Below, in pieces: positions 11,303-22,169 of a DNA stretch of 64,000 nt; the first letter of the stretch is position 1, and each line of letters begins with the position of its first letter. Position numbers and translations under genes: made by a program. The DNA is taken from positions 64,001-128,000 of the forward strand of contig OZ241857.1 of the NCBI GenBank assembly GCA_965203315.1, read 5' to 3'. The stretch comes from Nitrosopumilus sp. GTDB lineage: Archaea; Thermoproteota; Nitrososphaeria; Nitrososphaerales; Nitrosopumilaceae. Below the pieces are notes generated by a model. That model worked only from the letters and a program-made list of their open reading frames with translations. It was not told the DNA's origin and searched no databases.

Positions 11303-11443
11303 AGACTGTATGCGTATTATTAAGAGTGTCCATGTCCAATCATCAAAAACGATAACAATGAATCAATTTGCCTCTAGAAATCATGCCTGTGTTTTATTGT
11401 ACGTTAAAATGTGCATAAGATACAAGAAATACGTATACAGTCT
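11303..11443 (+). mobile_element. MITE family A, 141 bp
   Basis: Ends AGACTGTATGCGTAT / ATACGTATACAGTCT; AAT on both flanks; homologous to 52491 and 59676. Confidence 0.88.
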
Positions 11444-11483
11444 AATATGTGAAAAATTTATAGATACTAGATTAGATTGATAT

Positions 11484-12185
11484 GTGATATTGAGATCTAG
11501 TCGAACACAAAGTTATAGAATACCAGGTAAACTAGTCGTAGTTGAAGGAATAGACGGTTCTGGCAAATCTACACAACTCCGATTATTAGAAAAGTGGTTA
11601 CGCTTCAACAACATTGAGGTCTTTCGGACAGAGTGGAATTCATCTGCTATAGTTAAATCGATCACATCTAAAGGAAAGAAGAAAGCAAATCTAACTCCTA
11701 CAACCTTTAGCTTGTTACACGCTACTGACTTTGCCGACAGGTTTGAGCGAAACATTATGCCCCTCTTGCATGCTGGTTATTTTGTTCTGGCAGATCGCTA
11801 TATTTACACTGCATATGCACGTGACGTTACACGTGGTTGTAGTCCAAGATGGGTTAGAAAAGTATATGATTTTGGACTCAAACCCGACATTACATTTTAC
11901 TTTCGTGTTCCAATTGACGTATCGATGGAACGGATCCTTGCCGGTCGTCCCAAACTCAAGTATTATGAAGCAGGAATGGATCTAGATCTAAGCAAAGATA
12001 TCTATGAGAGTTATAGAATATTTCAGAGTAGAATAATCGAACAGTATGAACTGATGAGTAAACGCGAGCAGTTTAGTGTAATAGATGCAACTCTTGGAAT
12101 CAAAGAACAACAGAATCTTATGCGTGAATGTGTGGTAAAACTGATTCCTCCAAAGATGATAAAGTCCATGGTAGAGGCACCATGA
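11484..12185 (+). CDS. Thymidylate-kinase-like protein 1
   Basis: P-loop EGIDGSGKSTQ and LADRY; internal YYEAGMD motif. Confidence 0.9.
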   Translation: MILRSSRTQSYRIPGKLVVVEGIDGSGKSTQLRLLEKWLRFNNIEVFRTEWNSSAIVKSITSKGKKKANLTPTTFSLLHATDFADRFERNIMPLLHAGYFVLADRYIYTAYARDVTRGCSPRWVRKVYDFGLKPDITFYFRVPIDVSMERILAGRPKLKYYEAGMDLDLSKDIYESYRIFQSRIIEQYELMSKREQFSVIDATLGIKEQQNLMRECVVKLIPPKMIKSMVEAP

Positions 12186-12922
12186 TAAAAAACGATCTCG
12201 CACATGCAGGTGTAAAACGAAGTCCAAGATGGTATGGCACATCCAAATTTGGGGGCATTCCTTATCTTGACGATCTAGAGATAACTGGACGGTTGATTGT
12301 AATTGAAGGACCTGACGCATCTGGTCGTAGCTCTCAGATCGATATGATAACTGCGCGATTAGAAGCAGATGGATTTGCAGTACTGAACACCGGTCTAAAA
12401 CGATCCGAGTTGATAGGTGCTGGAATTCTTGAAGCAAAGCAGAGTGTTGCGCTTGGCAAGAGAACAAGTGCTCTGTTTTATGCAGCAGACTTTGCTGATC
12501 AACTAGAACACAAGATCATACCTGCACTTCAAGCTGGTTACGTTGTGTTGGCCGATAGGTACATCTATACATTGATGGCGAGAAATACTGTCCGTGGTAT
12601 AAAGCGACAGTGGTCGGCAGATCTGTACAGCTTTGCATTGATTCCTGATCTGACATTCTATCTAGATGTTGATCCATTCAAACTGGTTCATCGTGTATTT
12701 GAAAAGCGACAGTCACTAGACTATTACGAGTCTGGAGCTGATATGGGACTATCAAATGACATGTTTGAGTCATTTATAATATATCAACAAAAGATGGCCA
12801 AAGAGTTTGAGCTATTAAAAGAGAGATATGATCTCACTTTGGTTAATGGAAATCGTACAGTTGAGCAAGTCAACAATCTATTACAACGTCGTATTAGTAG
12901 ATATTTGACGAGGTCGACATGA
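12182..12922 (+). CDS. Thymidylate-kinase-like protein 2 (Walker A Lys replaced by Arg)
   Basis: EGPDASGRSSQ, LADRY, YYESGAD; ATG 12182 overlaps the previous stop. Confidence 0.9.
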   Translation: MIKNDLAHAGVKRSPRWYGTSKFGGIPYLDDLEITGRLIVIEGPDASGRSSQIDMITARLEADGFAVLNTGLKRSELIGAGILEAKQSVALGKRTSALFYAADFADQLEHKIIPALQAGYVVLADRYIYTLMARNTVRGIKRQWSADLYSFALIPDLTFYLDVDPFKLVHRVFEKRQSLDYYESGADMGLSNDMFESFIIYQQKMAKEFELLKERYDLTLVNGNRTVEQVNNLLQRRISRYLTRST

Positions 12923-13671
12923 CCGACGATACCATACGTCGATCTGTTGTAAAGAGATTTGAAAACGTTGTAATAAAACTTGGTCTATACGTACGTGATC
13001 CAAATGTGGAGAATCTTCATCTAGTTCGTACATCTATACGTCGTCTCCAATCTGCATGCATGATTGTACCAAAATCGTCTCAAACCAAATCATCAAAAAA
13101 GTTCATTAAACTAGCAAATACCTTCTTTAAAATTACTGGCAATATTCGTGACTATGACATTATCTTAAACAAATCGTCTCAATATCAGATTGATTCTGAA
13201 TCTAATTTTTTTGTGCTTGTTGATAAAAAACGTACAAAGCTTCAGACTCGTGTACTTGAATCTGCACACAAGCTCTTGCATACAAAAGATACAAAGATTC
13301 GATATTTTGACAATTCGAAGTTTGAACGGATTTTAATAAAAATGATCGACAGTCTCTTTAAAGATATCTCTCTTGTTGCTGATGTGTCAAACGTTGGCGA
13401 ATTACACGATCTACGCAAAGAACTCAAGCGACTACACTATCTCCTTGAACTTGAACCTACAAAACGTTATCTCTCGATCATATCCAATATCCGGTATCTG
13501 CAAAGACTGTTGGGAGATATTCATGACTCTGATATCTTTATCTGGTATATACAAAAACATGGTCTGAAAATAGATAGCGTCACTGATATCATTTTACAAG
13601 AAAAAAATAAACGAGATAAAACATATGCCGAGATGATATCCTATATCAAACCTTTGATGCATCTAGGCTGA
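12919..13671 (+). CDS. CHAD domain protein (polyphosphate-binding family)
   Basis: ENLHLVRTSIRRL, IRDYD, LHDLRKELKRLHYLLE, LQRLLGDIHDSD. Confidence 0.92.
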   Translation: MTDDTIRRSVVKRFENVVIKLGLYVRDPNVENLHLVRTSIRRLQSACMIVPKSSQTKSSKKFIKLANTFFKITGNIRDYDIILNKSSQYQIDSESNFFVLVDKKRTKLQTRVLESAHKLLHTKDTKIRYFDNSKFERILIKMIDSLFKDISLVADVSNVGELHDLRKELKRLHYLLELEPTKRYLSIISNIRYLQRLLGDIHDSDIFIWYIQKHGLKIDSVTDIILQEKNKRDKTYAEMISYIKPLMHLG

Positions 13672-13992
13672 TTTTGCATCTTTGAGTATCTCTTTTGCTT
13701 TCTTGATCTTGGACTTTGCTTCTTTTTTTGCCGCGAGTTTGGTGATCTTTACCTGCTTTTTTGCTTTCTTGATCTTGGCCTTTGCCTCCACTCTCTCTTG
13801 TTTTGCTTTTTGCTTTGCTTCTTTTTTTGCTAACGTTTTTTGTTTTATTTCCTCTTCTTTTGCTTTCTTGATCGCCTTTTTTGCCTCACCCTTTACTCGT
13901 TTTAATTCTGTCTTGGCGGCAGTAAGCTGTTTTCGTGCATCTAGGATCTTGGTATTGTGTTCTCTCTTTATATCTGCTAGATTGGATGACAT
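13663..13992 (-). CDS. Small Lys/Ala-rich basic protein
   Basis: 109 aa from ATG 13992 (MSSNLADIK); KKAIKKAKEE..AKKEAKQKAKQ. Confidence 0.7.
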   Translation of the reverse strand: MSSNLADIKREHNTKILDARKQLTAAKTELKRVKGEAKKAIKKAKEEEIKQKTLAKKEAKQKAKQERVEAKAKIKKAKKQVKITKLAAKKEAKSKIKKAKEILKDAKSA

Positions 13993-14169
13993 GCTAGTTG
14001 TAAGATGTACTGATAAAAAAATATGTCGGTTAGACCTCTGATCTGTAAGATCCGGAAAGTAGTTCACCTCCCAACCAAGAGTGTAGATGTAAGTTCCAAG
14101 CCTCGTCAAAAGCACGTACGCAGGTATGATGAGATGTGGAAATATGTAGGCAAGAAGCAAATCCGAAGA

Positions 14170-14520
14170 ATGAGTAAATTAGATCAACAAAAAGTACAAT
14201 ACATTGTACGAGAAAAGAGCACAGGAACCAAGAACTCTGTCATCGCAGAACAGATGGACATATCTGTTCACTGTATTCAAAAACTGTTTGCCAGATACAA
14301 GAATGTAGAACCAAATTAGATGGTGTGTCCAAAACTCATGGGTAGACCCAAGAAGAGTCTGGTAGGCAGGCTAGAACACTGCAGTACTGACACTACATGC
14401 TTTAACAGGTCAAGCAGCTACAAATCTCAAACGTGATCTAGTAGATTATCTCCGAATAAGCGTTACACGGTACATGACACACAAGATCCTACGAGATGAG
14501 GTTCTAACCAAAAAGCAAGG
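14170..14520 (+). pseudogene. Transposase remnant (IS481-like N-terminal HTH)
   Basis: MSKLDQQKVQYIVREK..IAEQMDISVHCIQKLFARY, in-frame TAG, then MVCPKLMGRPK; no DDE core follows; right end approximate. Confidence 0.65.
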
Positions 14521-14792
14521 TTGCGTAGTGCAATCATTCAACTGTCATTAGTAGCATGATCGTCATTCTTGGAAAACTTGCAGGTCATTCTTTTAGAATA
14601 ACGTGATTCCGGATGCTTGATTATGGCTGGTTAATTATTACATATATCCACTAAAATTTCATATACGGTGTTACGTACTATGCAAATTACTCTATAATTA
14701 TTCTGGTAGCCACGGGTGGTGATGATCGACTAATTATTTAGCTATACCTATTTTTAATCATGTATTTATAATCTAATCTACTATACAAAACT

Positions 14793-16193
14793 ATGGCAAC
14801 CGAAAGTCTCGATATGGATTATTCAAAGTATGACTTTAAAGACTCTACAGAGATGTACGTTCATCTCAGTAAGAAAGGTCTCTCAAAGGATACCATCATC
14901 GGTATCAGCAAGATGAAAGATGAACCCCAATGGATGCTAGACTTTAGACTTCGTTCGTATGAGATATTTATGAAGAAACCACTACCGACATGGGGCGGTA
15001 ATCTAACTCAGATCGACTTTCAAAATATCTATTATTATGCAAAGGCATCTGAAAAGACCGAAAAGAGTTGGGATGATGTTCCTCAAGATGTCAAGAATAC
15101 ATTTGACAAGCTTGGAATTCCAGAGGCTGAAAAGAAGTTTTTGGCAGGTGTTGGTGCTCAATACGAGTCAGAGGTTGTATATCATAATTTGCGTGAAGAT
15201 CTTCAAAAACAAGGAGTGCTATTTTTGGATACAGACTCTGCACTAAAAGAACAGCCAGAGATCTTTAAGAAATACTTTGGCAAAGTCATCCCTCCAGAAG
15301 ATAACAAGTTTGCAGCCCTCAACAGTGCAGTGTGGAGTGGTGGCTCTTTCATCTATGTGCCACCAGGCGTAAAAGTCGACATGCCACTACAAGCGTACTT
15401 TAGGATCAACGCTGAAAATATTGGCCAGTTTGAACGAACACTCATTATAGTAGACGAAGGTGCAGAAGTTCATTATATCGAAGGTTGTACTGCTCCTGTA
15501 TACTCTTCGGAATCGCTCCACTCTGCTGTGGTGGAATTGGTAGCCCACAAGGATGCCAAACTACGATACACTACGATTCAAAACTGGAGTAACGATGTAT
15601 ACAATCTAGTTACAAAACGTGCGTACGCATACGAGGGAGCAACTGTAGAATGGATAGATGGTAATATTGGCAGTAAACTCACTATGAAGTATCCTGGGGT
15701 CTATCTGCTGGGTGAAAGAGCATATGGCGAGACACTCTCTATCGCATTTGCAGGCAAGGGTCAACATCAAGATACAGGCGCCAAGATGGTACATTTAGCT
15801 CCAAACACGACATCAAAGATTACCTCCAAATCAGTAAGTCGTCTAGATGGTCGTTCTACCTATCGTGGACTATTAACTGTCGCCAAAGGGGCTAGTAATG
15901 TAAAGTCTACTGTTCGCTGTGATGCACTATTGCTAGATGACACATCAAAGACCGATACATATCCGTACATGGAGATAAACCAAGAAGACGCTACCATAAC
16001 TCATGAAGCAACAGTGGGAAAGATTGGAGATGAGCAGATATTTTATCTGATGAGTCGTGGTTTCACGGAGGAAGAGTCTCTCTCACTCATCGTCAATGGA
16101 TTCATGGAGCCATTTACTAAAGAACTCCCAATGGAGTATGCAGTAGAACTAAATCGACTCATCAAACTAGAGATGGATGACTCTGTTGGATAG
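14793..16193 (+). CDS. sufB: Fe-S cluster assembly protein SufB
   Basis: [29 protein letters not shown]. Confidence 0.98.
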   Translation: MATESLDMDYSKYDFKDSTEMYVHLSKKGLSKDTIIGISKMKDEPQWMLDFRLRSYEIFMKKPLPTWGGNLTQIDFQNIYYYAKASEKTEKSWDDVPQDVKNTFDKLGIPEAEKKFLAGVGAQYESEVVYHNLREDLQKQGVLFLDTDSALKEQPEIFKKYFGKVIPPEDNKFAALNSAVWSGGSFIYVPPGVKVDMPLQAYFRINAENIGQFERTLIIVDEGAEVHYIEGCTAPVYSSESLHSAVVELVAHKDAKLRYTTIQNWSNDVYNLVTKRAYAYEGATVEWIDGNIGSKLTMKYPGVYLLGERAYGETLSIAFAGKGQHQDTGAKMVHLAPNTTSKITSKSVSRLDGRSTYRGLLTVAKGASNVKSTVRCDALLLDDTSKTDTYPYMEINQEDATITHEATVGKIGDEQIFYLMSRGFTEEESLSLIVNGFMEPFTKELPMEYAVELNRLIKLEMDDSVG

Positions 16194-16197
16194 TGTC

Positions 16198-17595
16198 ATG
16201 TCACAGACTTTGTCCGAGTTGGATACAAATCATCTCAACGAGTTATCCTCCACGAGAGATGAGCCAGATTGGCTGAGATCATATCGTAGAGACTCTTTAT
16301 CTGTATATCAGAGTCTACCGATCGAGATATCACCATTATACAACAAGTATACAGATGCCGCAAAGATGGATCCAGACAAAGTCTCTCTAGGTTCGGCAAC
16401 TAAATCCACTCCTCCAAAACTTCTCACACGTAGACTGGCAGAACTAGATGACACCATTTGTGTGGTTCAGATAGGCACACATATCACAAAGATCAACATT
16501 CCAGACGAGCTCTTGTCAAAGGGACTAGTGATCACATCTATTCATGATGCGTTACGCAACCACACTGATACTGTGCGTAGTGTACTAGAGTCATCCGACT
16601 CAAATAGCGACAAGTTTACTGCTCTAAACAACGCAACGTTCAACTCTGGTCTCTTTGTATACGTGCCACCCAATTTGACGATAACTCGACCTATTCACCT
16701 ACTCACATGTCTATCTGAGGATGATATATCCCTAGTATCACGAAATATAATACATGTTGGTCAGAATAGTAAAGCAACTCTTATTCAAGAACTCTACTCT
16801 CCACAATCTACAACACAGCAGGCATATCTGGAATTGATCAATGTCAATCTAGACGCAGATGCACAACTCGACATTACAACACTCGAACTGTTGGATCAGA
16901 CATCTGTAAACTTTTCCACACGTCAGACCAGTGTTGCACAAGACGCAAAGATCAATTGGTACTCTGGACTCTTTGGTTCAATGCTTGCTCGATACAAGAT
17001 CGATTACATGTTGAATGGTTCAGGTGCTACTGCCAACGACTCTGAAGTGATCTTTGGAGACAAATCTCAGTCCTTTGATATTCAAACCAACATGAATCAT
17101 CAGAGCCCTGCAACAGAAGGACGCGTAGTCGAAAAGTCTATCTTACGTGATCATGCCAAGTCCCTCTTCAAAGGAATGATCCGTATTAGAGAGAACGCAA
17201 CAAAGTCCAACTCTTTTTTATCTGGACGTTCTATACTACTAGACAAGAATGCAAAGTCAGACGCAATACCTGGTCTTGAGATATTTACGAACGACGTCAA
17301 GGCAACACACTCTGCATCGGTCGCGCAGATAGACGAAGAGCAGATATTTTATCTCCAGTCTAGATGTCTCAGCAAAGCAGAAGCAGAACGAACCATAGTT
17401 GAAGGATTCCTGGAGCCATTATCTAGAAAGATGTCTTATCAGGTTCGTGCATGGATAGCTTATCTAATCGAGTCCAAGTGGGATGATCGTGAACTCTCGA
17501 TCAATACAGACGAAGAGTTGGCAAAGTTTGTCGAGGTTGAAGAGACTAGATACAACGAAGATGCAGAGATCGAACAACACTACAAGTATAGGTGA
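16198..17595 (+). CDS. sufD: Fe-S cluster assembly protein SufD
   Basis: IPGLEIFTNDVKATHSAS, QIFYLQSR; ATG at 16198 chosen. Confidence 0.93.
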   Translation: MSQTLSELDTNHLNELSSTRDEPDWLRSYRRDSLSVYQSLPIEISPLYNKYTDAAKMDPDKVSLGSATKSTPPKLLTRRLAELDDTICVVQIGTHITKINIPDELLSKGLVITSIHDALRNHTDTVRSVLESSDSNSDKFTALNNATFNSGLFVYVPPNLTITRPIHLLTCLSEDDISLVSRNIIHVGQNSKATLIQELYSPQSTTQQAYLELINVNLDADAQLDITTLELLDQTSVNFSTRQTSVAQDAKINWYSGLFGSMLARYKIDYMLNGSGATANDSEVIFGDKSQSFDIQTNMNHQSPATEGRVVEKSILRDHAKSLFKGMIRIRENATKSNSFLSGRSILLDKNAKSDAIPGLEIFTNDVKATHSASVAQIDEEQIFYLQSRCLSKAEAERTIVEGFLEPLSRKMSYQVRAWIAYLIESKWDDRELSINTDEELAKFVEVEETRYNEDAEIEQHYKYR

Positions 17596-17607
17596 CACAG
17601 TGATCAA

Positions 17608-17919
17608 ATGTTGACCGAATGGGTTCGTATATGCAATGTATCTGATATTGATAAAGACAAGATATTGAGCGTATCATGTAAAGGTAATAATCTCCTAGTA
17701 GCAAAACTTGATGACACTGTACATGTTGTCGACTCGACATGTACTCATCAAGATGCAGATCTATCTTGTGGATTTCTAAGTCAAGAAGGTATACGATGTC
17801 CACTACATTTATCGGTATTTGATCTATCTGACGGCAAACCACAAAACCCTCCTGCAGAACAACCGATCAGAGTATATCCAGTAAAGATAGACGGTACAGA
17901 GGTATATGTAGAGGTGTAG
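17608..17919 (+). CDS. Rieske [2Fe-2S] ferredoxin
   Basis: CTH and CPLH motifs. Confidence 0.93.
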   Translation: MLTEWVRICNVSDIDKDKILSVSCKGNNLLVAKLDDTVHVVDSTCTHQDADLSCGFLSQEGIRCPLHLSVFDLSDGKPQNPPAEQPIRVYPVKIDGTEVYVEV

Positions 17920-17921
17920 TC

Positions 17922-19154
17922 ATGAAATCGTTTGAGCATATTAGAGATGACTTTCCAATTCTGTCCCGAACAGTACGAGACAATAAACCTCTAATCTATC
18001 TAGATAATGCATCAACGACTCAGAAACCGAATCAAGTGATCGACTCGATCACACAGTATTATAGGGAACGTAATGCCAACATTCATCGCGCCGTCTATGC
18101 ACTTGCTGAAGAAGCTACTGCATCATACGAAGAGACACGTGACAAGATTGCAAAATTTGTAAACGTATCTGATAGACAAGAGATAATCTTTGTACGAGGA
18201 ACCACAGAGGCCATAAATCTAGTTGCATATGCGTGGGGCAGAAAGACGATCAACTCTGACGACATAATCGTAACAACCGAATATGAACATCATAGCAATA
18301 TCGTTCCATGGCAACTATTGACTCGAGAACGATCTGCACGCCTCGAGTACATCCGTATAGATGACTCGGGAGAACTGATTCTAGATGATCTAGACGAGTA
18401 TCTCGCTACGGGGAGGGTCAAACTGGTTGCATTCAGTCTGATGTCAAATGTACTCGGAACCATATCTGCCGCTAAAGAGATAATCGCAAAGTGTAGATCT
18501 GCTGGAGTCTTGACTCTAGTTGACGCAGCTCAAGCTGTTCCTCATATGCCTGTAGACGTACAATCTTTGGATTGTGACTTTTTTGCATTCTCGGGACACA
18601 AGATGCTTGGTCCAACAGGTATCGGTGTATTGTGGGTACGCAAGAGTATCTTAGATACGATGGCACCGTTTCATGGTGGTGGTGACATGATCCGTGAAGT
18701 ACACAAGTACGAGACTACGTGGAACGATCTGCCGTACAAATTTGAGGCAGGTACTCCAAACATAGCCGACGTTGCCGGGCTCGGCGCCGCAATAGATTAT
18801 CTAAATGATCTAGGAATGGATAATGTACGCAACCACGAGATCGAACTCACAAAATACATGATAAAACAATTAGCTGATGTCAACGGACTGACCATATATG
18901 GTACACAAGATATATCTAAACGCGGTGGTGTAGTGTCGTTCAACTTTGCAGATGTACATCCGCACGATGTTGCTCAGATCATAGACGAAGAAGGGATCGC
19001 AATACGGTCAGGACATCACTGCGCCCAAGTCTTGATGGAACGATTGGACGTGTCTGCCACATCTCGTGCTAGCACATACGTGTATAACACTCGCGCCGAG
19101 ATAGACACGTTGATCAACTCTTTAAATAAAGTAGCGAGGGTCTTTAAGCTATGA
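17922..19154 (+). CDS. sufS: Cysteine desulfurase SufS
   Basis: YLDNASTTQKP, FSGHKMLGPTG, RSGHHCA. Confidence 0.97.
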   Translation: MKSFEHIRDDFPILSRTVRDNKPLIYLDNASTTQKPNQVIDSITQYYRERNANIHRAVYALAEEATASYEETRDKIAKFVNVSDRQEIIFVRGTTEAINLVAYAWGRKTINSDDIIVTTEYEHHSNIVPWQLLTRERSARLEYIRIDDSGELILDDLDEYLATGRVKLVAFSLMSNVLGTISAAKEIIAKCRSAGVLTLVDAAQAVPHMPVDVQSLDCDFFAFSGHKMLGPTGIGVLWVRKSILDTMAPFHGGGDMIREVHKYETTWNDLPYKFEAGTPNIADVAGLGAAIDYLNDLGMDNVRNHEIELTKYMIKQLADVNGLTIYGTQDISKRGGVVSFNFADVHPHDVAQIIDEEGIAIRSGHHCAQVLMERLDVSATSRASTYVYNTRAEIDTLINSLNKVARVFKL

Positions 19155-19588
19155 GTGGAAACGATATCTATCACGAGATGATCATCGACTATTCTAGAAA
19201 TCCGATAAATTTTGGCGAGCTAGATGATCCAGACGTTACATTCCATGATGCCAATCCGCTCTGTGGTGATAGTATCGATATAGATATCAACTTTGAGAAA
19301 GACGCCATATCTGATATCAAGTTTCATGGACACGGATGTGCAATATGCATGGCGTGTTCGTCTGTACTGACAGAGATCGCTAAAGGAAAGAGTATAGACC
19401 AAGTTCGCAAGATAGCAAAGAACGACATACTCGGCGAGTTGGGTCTAGAGCACCTGCAAGCTGTTCGTATAAAATGTGCTCTGTTGTCTCTCAAAGTTCT
19501 CAAGTCTGCTCTATACACGTATCTATCTAGACACATCGAGTCCGGTGATATCAGTTCATTAAAAGAAGAGGCAGCAAATCTGTATTGA
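19151..19588 (+). CDS. sufU: SufU/IscU-type scaffold protein
   Basis: NPLCGD, GCAIC, RIKCALL. Confidence 0.93.
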   Translation: MSGNDIYHEMIIDYSRNPINFGELDDPDVTFHDANPLCGDSIDIDINFEKDAISDIKFHGHGCAICMACSSVLTEIAKGKSIDQVRKIAKNDILGELGLEHLQAVRIKCALLSLKVLKSALYTYLSRHIESGDISSLKEEAANLY

Positions 19589-19589
19589 T

Positions 19590-19931
19590 ATGGAACAGTT
19601 TGTGCCCGTTACCCCAATTCAATTACAGATCCGTCAAATAATCTACGAAGAGTTTAATGTACCTGACGCCAAATTTACAAACGATCAAATATTTGAGATC
19701 CTGTCTAAAAATGGAGATATCGATCCTACGTGGATAATAGATGATCTTGAACCATTCTTTCTTGATATCTGTAAATCTGGTCTTGCACGAAACATTGCAC
19801 AAAACTTTACTACGATCTGGCTCAAACTATTTGATACCGTTCAAGAGATACACTGTAGTACATGCAACTGTACCACCTATATGAGTTCGTCAGAAGATCA
19901 AAACTGCCCCAACTGTAGCACGTCACTTTGA
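19590..19931 (+). CDS. Hypothetical protein with C-terminal Zn ribbon
   Basis: CSTC and CPNC pairs. Confidence 0.8.
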   Translation: MEQFVPVTPIQLQIRQIIYEEFNVPDAKFTNDQIFEILSKNGDIDPTWIIDDLEPFFLDICKSGLARNIAQNFTTIWLKLFDTVQEIHCSTCNCTTYMSSSEDQNCPNCSTSL

Positions 19932-21131
19932 TCTGTATTTTGTGGCAGCTGTCTCTAGTGCCTTGATCATCGGGAGTCTTTTGCCTGTTAGATACAAAAC
20001 CAATGCTCCTCCTGCTGTGCTGATGTGGTTTATCTTGTCTGCCAAGCCGAGCTGTTTTAGTGCACTAGTTAGATGACCTCCACTAACAATCGTGGTCGCC
20101 ATCGAGCTTGCGACAGCATTTAGTAATCTATTTGTACCAAACGCAAAGTTTGGATTCTCAAAGAAACCTGCTGGTCCACTGATAAAGACAGTACCTGCAC
20201 CTGCGATCAGTTTGGAGTAATAATCTATAGTCTTTGGTCCTAGATCATATATTTTGTCTCCTCGATTTATCTCTCTTACGTCCATCTCTACTCGTTCGCC
20301 ATCTTTGTCGATAGCAATATCGACTGGCGTTGCAAATACATCCGGATACTCTCCGATCAAGTTGTGTGCCTTTGCTACTACTTCGTCTTCGCGTTTTATG
20401 CCTAGTGGTGATTTTATTCTAGCTTGGGCTCTCAAGAATACATTCCCGATCAACCCTGTAAGTAAGATGTGGTCTGCACGACCATTCTCTATCAACAGTC
20501 TGATCGATTCTAGCCTATCGGTAACCTTTGATCCTCCAAGTACTATTACATGTGGCGCCTTTGCGACAGTCATTATTCGATCTAGGTTCTTTACCTCTCT
20601 CTCCACTATCTTTCCAGCACATGCAGGCAACAACTGAGGAAATCCCACGATCGATGGATGAGATCGATGAGCGCTAGGAAAAGAGTCCAAGACACATAGA
20701 TCAAAGAGCTTTGCCAATCGGGATACCATTATGGTCTTTGCTGCGTTCTCTGGTCTAAACTCGTAATTCTCTTCTGCACATAGCCGTAGATTATCCAATA
20801 GCAAAATATCTCCATCATTTAGACTCTTGATGGCATGTTGAGCAGCCTCTCCTATTACGTCTTGTACATACTTTATCTCTCTGTTCATCAGATCTTGGAG
20901 CACCTTTGCATGCTCGTTCATTCCTGTATAGTCGTTGTTTCCAACTCTGCCTTGATGAGATCCAACTACAACCTTTGCGTCACCAAGCTTCTTGAGTGTC
21001 GTTGTGGCCTCTTCGATCCGTTTTTTGCCTGATATCTTCATCGTCTTTGAATCTATGGGGCAATTCATATCGACCCGGACAAAGATGGTCTTGCCTTTTA
21101 GATCAAAGTCATCCAAGGTTAACATCTTCAC
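19923..21131 (-). CDS. pgk: Phosphoglycerate kinase
   Basis: RVDMNCP, SHQGR, LGGSK, HISTAGGA; likely start GTG 21131 or ATG 21125. Confidence 0.96.
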   Translation of the reverse strand: MKMLTLDDFDLKGKTIFVRVDMNCPIDSKTMKISGKKRIEEATTTLKKLGDAKVVVGSHQGRVGNNDYTGMNEHAKVLQDLMNREIKYVQDVIGEAAQHAIKSLNDGDILLLDNLRLCAEENYEFRPENAAKTIMVSRLAKLFDLCVLDSFPSAHRSHPSIVGFPQLLPACAGKIVEREVKNLDRIMTVAKAPHVIVLGGSKVTDRLESIRLLIENGRADHILLTGLIGNVFLRAQARIKSPLGIKREDEVVAKAHNLIGEYPDVFATPVDIAIDKDGERVEMDVREINRGDKIYDLGPKTIDYYSKLIAGAGTVFISGPAGFFENPNFAFGTNRLLNAVASSMATTIVSGGHLTSALKQLGLADKINHISTAGGALVLYLTGKRLPMIKALETAATKYRSK

Positions 21132-21497
21132 AAGTATTGTCTCATACACTCGGTTAAATTCTTTCAGCAGTTCTGTATGGTTGCCATACACGATCACCTG
21201 ACTGATCACCATACGCTTGGTCAAGATTATTGTTTTCCCTATGTTGGACTGAGGTTTGTATATTTTAAAACTGCCAGATGATTGGTGGACTGGCCTGCAA
21301 TGACTGCAATACAGATAAAACACCATTTGGCAAAACTAGATCTACACATTTCACTTCATAAACGTTGAAAATTTACAATATTCGTTATGTGCTATGCAAC
21401 TTACAATTTGAGTTATGCCTCGTTTTATTGTCTACGTGTTAAAGAGCTTTGTACATATTGGAAAAGACTACAAATTAATGATACTTGATGGGAGTCA

Positions 21498-22169
21498 ATG
21501 TACTTGCAACAGTGGTTATTTGACATACGATCTCGCTCCTTTGTCTTACTGGGTATGTTGTTCCTTGTAATTACCGCACTGGTGTACTTTGAGATAACAG
21601 AAGAGATTGATCAAAGTATAGTGTCATACTTTGCAGATCTCGACAACCCGGTTCTTGATGGAGTGATGCAGAGCATCACAGAGTCTGGAAACATTTTTTA
21701 CATGCTCTTATTTGCAATCGCACTACTACTAGTTCCAAAGAGTAGACGCATTGGCATCACGCTTATGATACTGATCGTATTTGCTACATTACTAACTGGA
21801 TATGTAAAGTGTGGTATAGATCGTGATAGACCTGATCATGATTATGACGGAATCTCATTTCCTGTCAGTATTGGCCGTGATACATTTGCTCTCTTTTGTG
21901 ATGGTGGTTTCTTTGCATCGTTTCCATCAGGACATGCAGCTAGATCGATGATCTTTGGTATCATTTTGGGCTATGCCTTGTCGGAACGGTTTCCTAGGGG
22001 TGCATATCTACTATTGATATACCCTGTATTGATATCATTTAGCCGTGTATATGTTCTGGAACATTATCCGATGGATGTGATTGGCGGAGGAGTGATTGGT
22101 GTCATGTTGGCGGGAGTCTTGGCCAAGAAGACTAGACTTTATAAAATATTTGATAGATCAAATGTTTAA
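21498..22169 (+). CDS. PAP2-family membrane phosphatase
   Basis: KCGIDRDRP, SFPSGH, SRVYVLEHYPMD. Confidence 0.92.
   Translation: MYLQQWLFDIRSRSFVLLGMLFLVITALVYFEITEEIDQSIVSYFADLDNPVLDGVMQSITESGNIFYMLLFAIALLLVPKSRRIGITLMILIVFATLLTGYVKCGIDRDRPDHDYDGISFPVSIGRDTFALFCDGGFFASFPSGHAARSMIFGIILGYALSERFPRGAYLLLIYPVLISFSRVYVLEHYPMDVIGGGVIGVMLAGVLAKKTRLYKIFDRSNV

Noticed and set aside
13682-14041. Phe-rich hydrophobic ORF on +
   Set aside because: Antisense shadow of the Lys-rich gene.
14023-14792. Loss of sufC from the SUF cluster through the IS remnant
   Set aside because: No sufC fragment is visible, and the gene may simply lie elsewhere in the genome.
21132-21326. N-terminal extension of Pgk
   Set aside because: Similarity to Pgk starts at KMLTLDDFDL; the extension looks like a chance open frame across the promoter.
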